24,259 bases of DNA from Sedimentisphaerales bacterium. GTDB taxonomy: Bacteria > Planctomycetota > Phycisphaerae > Sedimentisphaerales > SM23-30. Below the pieces are notes generated by a model. That model was not told the DNA's origin. It ran no database searches and was given only the letters and a program-made list of their open reading frames with translations. A program made the translations under genes and the position numbers. Every line of letters starts with the position of its first letter. The stretch's first letter is position 1. Positions 17,381 through 24,259 of this stretch are shown in pieces. The DNA is taken from NCBI GenBank assembly GCA_030634605.1, contig DAOWAK010000001.1:1-24259 (forward strand), given 5' to 3'.

Positions 17381-18252
17381 TCCGCCGGTGTATCGCAATC
17401 AATGACGGTTTTAAACGCATCTACAAAAGCTTTGTAGGTTTCGGGCTTTACCACATTTTTAAAAAAGGTTCCATCGTCCCCTGCGATAACGATATTGGGG
17501 TCAATCGGGATGCTGCCAAGAAAAGGAACGTTCATTTCCTGAGCCATTTTTTTACCGCCGCCGGTTTTAAAGATGTCCACTTGTTGACTGCAATGCGGGC
17601 AGACAAATCCACTCATGTTTTCCAGGACTCCCAAAACCGGCCAATTTACCTTATGACAGAAATTGATGCACTTTCGGACATCGTTGATAGCGATTTGCTG
17701 GGCAGTGGTAACGACAATCGCCCCGTCGGCATCCTTGAGCAGTTGGGCAATGGTCAACGGTTCATCGCCCGTTCCGGGGGGTGAATCGATAATCAGGTAG
17801 TCAAGCTCACCCCATTCAACATCCGTCAGAAATTGTTTGATGATATTATACTTCATGGGTCCGCGCCAGATAACCGGGTCATCACGATTTTTCAGAAGAA
17901 AGGCGATGGACATCACTTTGAAGCCGTCGAATATTTCAACCGGTAGGATGCCGTTTTCTGTTCTATGCAGGGCATGTCCTTCCATTCCGACCAACTGGGG
18001 AATACTGGGGCCATGGATATCAATATCAAGCAGGCCGACCCGTTTACCGGCTTCATGCAGAATCAAGGCAAGGTTGGCGGCTACGGTGCTTTTGCCCACG
18101 CCGCCTTTGCCGGAAAGAACGGCGATCTTGTGCTTAATTTGGCTGGTTCGCTTCAGTAAGGCAATTTGATCTTTTTCCTGCTGAAGCTGTTGTGGGATGG
18201 TCGTGCCCGAGGGGTTATCGGTCTGGTGGTTAACCGGTTTTGAAGTTGTCAC
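17377..18252 (-). CDS. mrp: Mrp/NBP35 (ApbC) family Fe-S cluster carrier ATPase
   Basis: 'SGKGGVGKST', 'DIDIHGPSIP', 'WRGPMK', 'DYLIIDSPPGTGDE', 'GVLENMSGFVCPHC'. GTG 18252 has GGAG 6 nt upstream (ORF track starts at 18264). The stop overlaps the convergent peptidase stop. Confidence 0.95.
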   Translation of the reverse strand: MTTSKPVNHQTDNPSGTTIPQQLQQEKDQIALLKRTSQIKHKIAVLSGKGGVGKSTVAANLALILHEAGKRVGLLDIDIHGPSIPQLVGMEGHALHRTENGILPVEIFDGFKVMSIAFLLKNRDDPVIWRGPMKYNIIKQFLTDVEWGELDYLIIDSPPGTGDEPLTIAQLLKDADGAIVVTTAQQIAINDVRKCINFCHKVNWPVLGVLENMSGFVCPHCSQQVDIFKTGGGKKMAQEMNVPFLGSIPIDPNIVIAGDDGTFFKNVVKPETYKAFVDAFKTVIDCDTPAD

Positions 18253-18325
18253 GAGAAACTCCACATTTTTAAAAAGTTATCGCTTTATTACCAGGGTCGC
18301 GGATTCAACTGCCGAGTTCAATATG

Positions 18326-18922
18326 TTATTTGGATAATTGCCAGGCCAATTGAGCCACTCGTTTTCCGAGGTTTTGGGCAGTTTCAAGTCCTATGGAATC
18401 ATTTTCGACGCCGTCTGGTCCGCCGCTCCATAATGTTGCGCCAAAATGAGCGGTATCTCGGCCATCGCTGACACAAATCATGTCTTGGCACATGCAGGCC
18501 GCCTGAACTCCCTGAATTGTCAATTCCTGCCCGCCATTGCGTACGCCGCCGACGGCCAGTACTCCTGCTACGCGATTGCGGAATATCCAATCGTTGCGAC
18601 GAAACATCACGCAGCGGTCCAGGAAGGCTTTGCATTGGGCAGTCATCGACCCAAAATATACCGGAGTACCAATTATCATTCCGGCTACATCTTTATCCGC
18701 CAAAGTTGAAATCAACGAAGGGAAATCATCCTTGATGCTGCAATTTAGCCCATCTTTACATTTTCCACAAGTAACGCAGGGGTGAATATCCAAGCCAGCC
18801 AACTCGATCAATTCGGTATCGATTGACTTATCGACTGTTTTGGCTGAGTCAAGGCAAGCGTTCAAAGCTTTATATGTTGATTGTCCTTTTCGAGGGCTGC
18901 AAGCGATTCCAAGAATTTTCAT
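18326..18922 (-). CDS. Flavodoxin-family / iron-sulfur flavoprotein (NADPH-dependent FMN reductase fold)
   Basis: 'GIACSPRKGQST', compact Cys motif 'PCVTCGKCKDGLNCSIKDD', 'GTPVYFGSMTAQCKAFLDR', 'GGVRNGGQE'. Confidence 0.92.
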   Translation of the reverse strand: MKILGIACSPRKGQSTYKALNACLDSAKTVDKSIDTELIELAGLDIHPCVTCGKCKDGLNCSIKDDFPSLISTLADKDVAGMIIGTPVYFGSMTAQCKAFLDRCVMFRRNDWIFRNRVAGVLAVGGVRNGGQELTIQGVQAACMCQDMICVSDGRDTAHFGATLWSGGPDGVENDSIGLETAQNLGKRVAQLAWQLSK

Positions 18923-18925
18923 TGA

Positions 18926-19876
18926 TTAACCTTTCGTATCAATATTTGTTTTGGTTGAGGCCACTAATGTGTAAAAAAGCTTATTATTCTGTAGTTCGGC
19001 ATGGATTTCGCCTTGCTGGGATAAATCTTCCACGTATTTGACTACTTCGTTGCGATGCAGTCCCAAACCTTGAGCGATGTCTTCGATGGAACAGGGACGC
19101 CGCCTGAGCAGTTCTAAAACATCATCACGTTTAGCGGCAAAGGCATTTTGGGCATGAATCTGTTGGTAATCGGCAATAACCTCGGCCTTTTTATCCAGCT
19201 TTAAAGCTAATTTTTCCAGTTGATCTTTGGGTACCGGTAAAGCGGAACTTTCCGCAGGAGGTCGGGTAACGGTGTTTACCTGGACCCGATCCGGAGATAT
19301 TTTTTTTATGCAATCTGACAATTTATCGATTTCAAGGTCGGTAGTATTTACACCTCCAATCAAGAACACTTCCAGCCAATATTTTCCGGAATACTCCCGG
19401 CGAAATTCAACTAAACCATCGAGCATTTTATCAAAGGTTATTTCGGCACAGGGGCGGTTGATATATTGGAAATTCTGATTGCTGCCGGCATCCAATGAGG
19501 GGATGACGAGATCGGCTGATTTAATCGCCCTGCGAACCTCGGGTTGCCACAATAGTGAGCCGTTGGTTAATACAGCTACCGGAATTGTTGTCAGGTCCTT
19601 GATGGCAGCTATCAGTTCAGCAGTACGTGAATACAAGGTAGGCTCACCGGAACCTGAGAGGGTGATATAATCAGGCTGGGTGGACAACCGGTTTTTTAGT
19701 TCGTGGACCACCGCGGTAAGCGGCGTCCATTCTTTTTTTTGCGTGGTTTTGTTGGTGGTCCGCCCCAGTTGACAATAAATGCAATCGTAGGGACAGGTTT
19801 TAAACGGCACCAGATCGATTCCCAATGATCTGCCCAGCCGACGCGATGGCACAGGACCAAAAATGCAAGACGACAC
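18926..19876 (-). CDS. Radical SAM protein (COG0731-like) with C-terminal winged-helix-like segment
   Basis: 'FGPVPSRRLGRSLG', CxxxCxxC 'CPYDCIYC', 'TLSGSGEPTL', 'VLTNGSLL', C-terminal 'LLRRRPCSIEDIAQGLG'. AGGAG RBS. Confidence 0.92.
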   Translation of the reverse strand: MSSCIFGPVPSRRLGRSLGIDLVPFKTCPYDCIYCQLGRTTNKTTQKKEWTPLTAVVHELKNRLSTQPDYITLSGSGEPTLYSRTAELIAAIKDLTTIPVAVLTNGSLLWQPEVRRAIKSADLVIPSLDAGSNQNFQYINRPCAEITFDKMLDGLVEFRREYSGKYWLEVFLIGGVNTTDLEIDKLSDCIKKISPDRVQVNTVTRPPAESSALPVPKDQLEKLALKLDKKAEVIADYQQIHAQNAFAAKRDDVLELLRRRPCSIEDIAQGLGLHRNEVVKYVEDLSQQGEIHAELQNNKLFYTLVASTKTNIDTKG

Positions 19877-19958
19877 AACGTACTCCTATCAAAAAGCCTG
19901 ATTAAAGATTTTTAGTGCAACATGACGGCAGTTAAGTTTACACAGATGGCACTGGTGA

Positions 19959-20816
19959 TTACTGAGGGCATGGTTCAAATTCGATCTGCGTCCCAACTGA
20001 GCAGGAAAAACATTTATCAGGGAACGCCTCCCAAAGTTTTGCTGTTGCTTTGTCACCTGTACAATGAGCGGCTCCGATCTGCTGAACATTATGCACGCGA
20101 AAGGCATGGATTGTATGTTCAATCCTTTCCGGAGAAGCAGCCAGCAAATGCATTCCACCCAGCACCGCTAAAAAATCCATCTGCCCGGTCAGGTCTGCAA
20201 TATAATGCAGGGTATTAACGACGCCGGAGTGAGCGCACCCCAGAATAACTACCAAGCCTCGGGGAGTTTTGAAAAACAAGGCTTGATCATCCAGAATCGG
20301 GTCCGGCTCGGCTTTAAAAGCATCCTGAAAAAAAGGTCCGCCAACATCTTCATACTCAGACATTCTCCTAATCGGCCCTGTAGCTATATACCCAGGAAGA
20401 ACCTCGGTCGGCTTTCTGGTCAGGTTGATCCGATCATGGAATTGTGGCTGGGACAGGTGCAGACGGGTCAAAGCCGGCATACCAATATTTCGAATGGGTT
20501 TATCAAGGTGACAACTGTATCTGGGTTTTAGAGAGTCGGGATGCAAATAAATTTTCGCCTGGCTAGTCTCGTCAAGCAATTGCATTAATCCACCAGAATG
20601 ATCGTTGTGGCCATGGCTTAAGACAATCGCATCTGCTTTCGAAAGATCAATTCCCAACACTTTGGCATTTGCCTGAATGACACCGCTTCGTCCTGTATCA
20701 AAAAGAATGTTATAATTTTCATCCTCGATCCAGACCGCCCAGCCATGCTCGGCCAGCAGGGTTGGATGATTGCTGGTGTTATCCACCAGGATCGTGATTT
20801 TGATTTCCTTATCCAT
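19959..20816 (-). CDS. MBL-fold metallo-hydrolase (COG1237-like)
   Basis: 'AEHGWAVWIE', 'ILFDTG', HxHxDH 'SHGHNDHSGG', 'DDQAL', 'GCAHSG', 'GGMHL', 'HCTG'. Confidence 0.93.
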   Translation of the reverse strand: MDKEIKITILVDNTSNHPTLLAEHGWAVWIEDENYNILFDTGRSGVIQANAKVLGIDLSKADAIVLSHGHNDHSGGLMQLLDETSQAKIYLHPDSLKPRYSCHLDKPIRNIGMPALTRLHLSQPQFHDRINLTRKPTEVLPGYIATGPIRRMSEYEDVGGPFFQDAFKAEPDPILDDQALFFKTPRGLVVILGCAHSGVVNTLHYIADLTGQMDFLAVLGGMHLLAASPERIEHTIHAFRVHNVQQIGAAHCTGDKATAKLWEAFPDKCFSCSVGTQIEFEPCPQ

Positions 20817-20832
20817 GGTTCACTTCAAAAGA

Positions 20833-21264
20833 TTAGTTCGGTTTTTCCATAAACTTTGCGATGGAGGTGGTTGTAATCCGGCCGGACTGGGAAATTTCTG
20901 CTTTTACTTCGAATATGGGCGGTGTGATGCGTGTTATCCAGGCCCGGACGTTGGCTATTTGGCTGACTATGACGGGATGGCGGAACTTGATGCGAAAATC
21001 AGCAGTAACGGCAACACAGCCCCGGGCAAATAAACAATTGGTCATGGCGCCGTCGAGAATGGCGGAGATGACCCCGCCGTGCAGCAGGTTAGGGTAGCCC
21101 TGGTAAGATTTATCGTAAATAAAATCGGCGGTTATTTCGTCATCGTCTGTCGCACGAAAATTCAAATGCAGCCCCTGTTCATTTGACAAAGAACAGACAA
21201 CGCAGTCGCGGTGCACCCGCGTACGAACATCGGCTAAGCTATGGCCGACAGCTTTAGTGATCAC
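20833..21264 (-). CDS. PaaI family (hotdog-fold) thioesterase
   Basis: 'HRDCVVCSLSNEQGL' and 'YQGYPNLLHGGVISAILDGAM'. The likely start is GTG 21264, overlapping the end of the NifX gene; the ORF-track extension to 21342 looks spurious. Confidence 0.88.
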   Translation of the reverse strand: MITKAVGHSLADVRTRVHRDCVVCSLSNEQGLHLNFRATDDDEITADFIYDKSYQGYPNLLHGGVISAILDGAMTNCLFARGCVAVTADFRIKFRHPVIVSQIANVRAWITRITPPIFEVKAEISQSGRITTTSIAKFMEKPN

Positions 21265-21592
21265 AAATATTCTCTCCAGTTTCCAAGGTGCCCACCAGAT
21301 AAGCTTTGATGAGCTGTTCGGAGCTTTGCGCGGAAGCACCAATTACCACTTTGATATCGTTTTGGGCAAAAAGTTGCTGGGCCCGTTGCCCCATGCCGCC
21401 GGCGATTATCACATTGGCACCCAACTCATGCAGCCAGGCAGGCAGCACTCCCGGCTGATGCGCCGGGGGCTGGAGGGTTTGCGTATGGAGAACCTCACCG
21501 GTTTTTTCGTCAACGTCCACCAGCGTAAATTCCTGACAATGTCCAAAATGCATACTCAGTTTTCCATCTGCTAAAGGGATGGCTATTTTCAT
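21254..21592 (-). CDS. NifB/NifX family (dinitrogenase FeMo-cofactor biosynthesis domain) protein
   Basis: 'MKIAIP', 'HFGHCQEF', 'IIAGGMGQRA', C-terminal 'NICDH'. Confidence 0.93.
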   Translation of the reverse strand: MKIAIPLADGKLSMHFGHCQEFTLVDVDEKTGEVLHTQTLQPPAHQPGVLPAWLHELGANVIIAGGMGQRAQQLFAQNDIKVVIGASAQSSEQLIKAYLVGTLETGENICDH

Positions 21593-21640
21593 AAAATATT
21601 CTCCAAGTTTTTTTTACGTTTCACTCGTTTGGAATCACCA

Positions 21641-22534
21641 TTACTTTTTGAGGGCACGTTCAATTTCGGCCCAAAGTTTTCTGACGTCTTCGGCAACGCC
21701 ATTTTTGGAATATTCCACCACGGATAATTTTTTAATAAGAGCCCGGGTAACGGCGTCGTCATAGCGAATTTTTCCGGCGAGGTGGATTTTTCGTTTTCGG
21801 GTGAGTTGTTCGATAGCTGCGGTGATTTGGGGATTAATATCCCATTTGTTAATGCAAACCATGGTTTCAATACCGAAATGACTGGTTAGATCAGCTACCC
21901 GTTCCAAATCATGCTGCCCACTCAAAGTCGGCTCGGTTACCACCAGAACCATATCGGCGGCGGTAATCGAAGCAATCACCGGGCAACCGATACCCGGCGA
22001 GCCGTCGATAATGATAAGTTCGAGATTATTTTGTTGGGCTAATTTTCGTGCCTGATCGCGGACCAGTGTGACGAGTTTTCCGGAGTTTTCCTGAGCGACG
22101 CCTAATTTGGCGTGAATCATCGGACCGTGACGCGTCCGGGAACGAAACCATTGCCCGTTCATTGCCGGCTCGAAGGAAATTGCTCCGCCGGGACAAACGC
22201 GGACACAAACCCCGCAGCCGTCACAGGAGATCGGATCAATCTGATAAGTCACACTGACGACCTCGTCCAGGTCGGTGCCGCGTCGAATCGCTCCAAACCG
22301 ACAGGCGTTATAGCACAAGCCGCAACCAATGCAATGCTTTGTTATTATCTTTGCTTGTTTACCGCCGCTAAAGTTTTCGGTGTGTTCGATCTCCGGTTCG
22401 AGCACCAGGTGAAGATCGGCGGCATCGACATCGCAATCAGCCAGCACTTTATTTTCGGCTAAAGCGGCAAACGACGCCACGATGCTGGTCTTTCCGGTAC
22501 CACCTTTTCCGCTGACCACTACCAGTTCTTTCAT
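21641..22534 (-). CDS. MinD-superfamily P-loop ATPase with inserted 2x[4Fe-4S] ferredoxin domain (paralog 2)
   Basis: 'SGKGGTGKTS', 'DCDVDAADL', 'CIGCGLCYNAC', 'CDGCGVCVRVC', 'DGSPGIGCPV', 'VTEPTLSG'. ATG 22534 has AAGGA upstream. Confidence 0.93.
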   Translation of the reverse strand: MKELVVVSGKGGTGKTSIVASFAALAENKVLADCDVDAADLHLVLEPEIEHTENFSGGKQAKIITKHCIGCGLCYNACRFGAIRRGTDLDEVVSVTYQIDPISCDGCGVCVRVCPGGAISFEPAMNGQWFRSRTRHGPMIHAKLGVAQENSGKLVTLVRDQARKLAQQNNLELIIIDGSPGIGCPVIASITAADMVLVVTEPTLSGQHDLERVADLTSHFGIETMVCINKWDINPQITAAIEQLTRKRKIHLAGKIRYDDAVTRALIKKLSVVEYSKNGVAEDVRKLWAEIERALKK

Positions 22535-22547
22535 TGTGCGTTTCCTT

Positions 22548-23405
22548 TTAGCCACGGCTCACTATTGTCATACCCATAAGACGGTCGGCCAGATCGGAAA
22601 AAACCGATGCGTAATTATCCAAACATTCAGCGATTAATTCGCCCCTGGAATAGATTTCGGCGATGGCGCGATCGTTAGGGATTTCCAGGATAATGTCAAT
22701 TCCTTCTTTTTCGCAATACCGCTTTACCGCTGCATCACCGACATCGCAGCGATTGATGGCAACGGCAAAGGGGATTTTAAGCACCCGGACCATTTCGACG
22801 GCCAGTTTCAAATCATTAAGGCCAAAAGGTGTTGGTTCTGTTGCGAGAATAATATAATCAGCATCCTTAACCGCTTCGATAACCGAACAGGAGGTCCCCG
22901 GTGGGACATCGATAATGGTAACGTCAGTTTGGTTGGCGGATTGCTTAACCTTGCTGATTAGCGGTGGAACCATGACTTCGCCGATTCGCAATCTGCCCTG
23001 AGCAAAGTGGAATCCTTTGGCAGTGCCGGTTTCGACCAGGCCAACTTCCCGGGCTGATTCGGCAAGAGCAGCCTCGGGGCAAAACCGCAAACAACCGCCG
23101 CAGCCGTGACACATCTCCGGAAAAATCATAACCTTGCCTTTGATGCAAACAATTGCGCTATACTGACAGAATTCGGCACAGGTGCCGCAGCCGGTGCATT
23201 TTTCTTCATCGACCCTGGGAACGGTAACCGTTGCGGGTTTGGAAGTTTCCAATTCCGGTTTGACAAAAATGTGGCAGTTGGGTTCTTCCACATCACAATC
23301 CAACAGTTGCACCTGCCGACTCTGCCGGGAAAAAGCTAGAGCCAGATTCGTTGCAATAGTAGTTTTGCCAACTCCGCCTTTTCCACTGGCGATGGCGATT
23401 TTCAT
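22548..23405 (-). CDS. MinD-superfamily P-loop ATPase with inserted 2x[4Fe-4S] ferredoxin domain (paralog 1)
   Basis: 'ASGKGGVGKTT', 'DCDVEEPN', 'CTGCGTCAEFC', 'CHGCGGCLRFC', 'DVPPGTSC', 'TEPTPFGLNDL'. Confidence 0.93.
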   Translation of the reverse strand: MKIAIASGKGGVGKTTIATNLALAFSRQSRQVQLLDCDVEEPNCHIFVKPELETSKPATVTVPRVDEEKCTGCGTCAEFCQYSAIVCIKGKVMIFPEMCHGCGGCLRFCPEAALAESAREVGLVETGTAKGFHFAQGRLRIGEVMVPPLISKVKQSANQTDVTIIDVPPGTSCSVIEAVKDADYIILATEPTPFGLNDLKLAVEMVRVLKIPFAVAINRCDVGDAAVKRYCEKEGIDIILEIPNDRAIAEIYSRGELIAECLDNYASVFSDLADRLMGMTIVSRG

Positions 23406-23475
23406 ATATATACCCGTCCTGAATAAAAATACTATGCTGGGGTTTTTGTTATTGCTGAAATAACCAGAGGTTATA

Positions 23476-23654
23476 GGGAACCTCTAAAAAATCATTTTGG
23501 CTGCGAGCAGTTATTTTTTTGTCTGGTCGGCGTCGCGAAAAACCGGGAATATTTACTAATATGCCCGATTCTTCGCTCCTGGCCAGTCGAAAAAAGGCTT
23601 TCCAGCCGTCCGCCAGGACCGCTCTCGCTGCAAAAGCAATTATTAGAGGTACCT
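23476..23654 (+). mobile_element. ~179-bp MITE-like hairpin element, copy 1
   Basis: Imperfect terminal inverted repeats GGGAACCTCTAAAAA...TTATTAGAGGTACCT. TATAG lies on both sides if ends are set at GGAACC/GGTACC. Nested internal inverted repeats, no ORF, and a near-identical copy at 24113. Confidence 0.85.
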
Positions 23655-23660
23655 ATAGTC

Positions 23661-23692
23661 GGCCCTGCCAGGCATTATGATACCCATTGGGT
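23661..23692. repeat. 32-bp repeat, copy 2 (identical to 7401-7432)
   Basis: Exact match. Here the palindrome extends to ATACCCA-T-TGGGTAT (23680-23694). Confidence 0.95.
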
Positions 23693-23696
23693 ATAC

Positions 23697-24074
23697 TTAC
23701 TCCCGACTGGTGCTTTGCTGGTTGCTCAGAGCTTCAAGCTCCGCTATGCGTTGCTTGATGTCATCCACTGCTCCGGTCAGATATTGTGCCTGGCCCTTTA
23801 GGTATTCCAGTTCCTGCTCATTGGTCGTCTCTGTAAAACCGGCATTATTATTTGCGGTTTGATTGAAGGTGCCGAAACGCTGCCCGCCCAAAAGACCTGT
23901 TGCGTTGAATCCGTTACGTCTTCCCATACCGCCTCGGCCACGACCGCCAAAACCGTAGCCACGACCGGCAACGGGATTGGCAAAACCGGGCATCTGATTT
24001 CCGGTGCAATAACCCGCCGCTCTTCCTGTCATTGGCCCCATACCTGCAGGCCCTGTTTTGTTTCCACCCGGCAT
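23697..24074 (-). CDS. DUF5320-like protein (Gly/Arg-rich, C-terminal coiled coil)
   Basis: 'MPGGNKTGPAGMGPMTGRAAGYC', 'GRGYGFGGRGRG', 'ELEYLKGQAQYL...IKQRIAELE'. AAGGAG RBS. Sits in its usual context with the ATPase pair and NifX. Confidence 0.9.
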   Translation of the reverse strand: MPGGNKTGPAGMGPMTGRAAGYCTGNQMPGFANPVAGRGYGFGGRGRGGMGRRNGFNATGLLGGQRFGTFNQTANNNAGFTETTNEQELEYLKGQAQYLTGAVDDIKQRIAELEALSNQQSTSRE

Positions 24075-24112
24075 CTTAAGCTCCTTTCCATAATGTGCGA
24101 TTACGTACTTAT

Positions 24113-24259
24113 GGGAACCTCTAAAAATTCATTTTGGCTCCGAGCGGGTCTGTTTTCCGCCTGAACTGCGTCGCGAAAAACCGGGAATATTCACCAATAT
24201 GCCCGATTCTTCGCTCCTTGTCAGTCGAAAAAAGGCTTTCCAGCCGTCCGCCAGGACCG
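24113..24259 (+). mobile_element. MITE-like hairpin element, copy 2 (truncated by window end)
   Basis: Starts GGGAACCTCTAAAAATTCATTTTGGCT. From GCGTCGCG to the window end it differs from copy 1 at only 4 positions. Confidence 0.85.

Noticed and set aside
21265-21342. 26-codon N-terminal extension of the PaaI ORF
   Set aside because: It overlaps the NifX coding region; the translationally coupled GTG at 21264 is more plausible.
21254-21592. Nitrogen fixation capability
   Set aside because: The NifB/NifX domain is widespread in non-diazotrophs, and there is no nifHDK here.
15665-24259. Horizontally acquired low-GC island next to tRNA-Cys
   Set aside because: Spot GC counts overlapped with the left part of the window. 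There is no integrase and no tRNA 3'-end duplication.

Overview
The window reads as chromosomal DNA from a probably anaerobic Planctomycetota bacterium, inferred from a planctomycete-type LE.LE.R.LL N-terminal motif. From left to right it holds: a MATE exporter; a large AsmA-like envelope gene split by one in-frame TAG; a divergent trio encoding a small exported protein, an HTH/acidic/2-TM protein and an OmpA/MotB-domain lipoprotein; a ~1,850-codon surface protein (GH-like 5-bladed propeller, CARDB, 5 Ig-like repeats, 2 ASH-like domains, beta-helix-like tail) split by one in-frame TGA; a long repeat-rich intergenic region; tRNA-Gly(CCC), tRNA-Pro(GGG) and tRNA-Cys(GCA); an M2/M3-type metallopeptidase lipoprotein; and a 9-gene minus-strand metallocluster operon (DUF5320, two ferredoxin-insert P-loop ATPases, NifB/NifX, PaaI, MBL hydrolase, radical SAM, iron-sulfur flavoprotein, Mrp). 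The most unusual signals are (i) two frame-preserving stops in the two largest genes, the TGA at a Ser/Thr/Cys-type position with a weak SECIS-like hairpin; (ii) a family of non-autonomous elements sharing GGGAACCTCTAA/TTAGAGGTACC termini but carrying different hairpin cargo, one with a compensatory base-pair change and one with a GTAG-type REP; (iii) an unexplained perfect 32-bp repeat 16.26 kb apart; and (iv) a glycosidase-like propeller apparently inserted inside a CARDB-like domain. Family names come from motif recognition; no searches were run.
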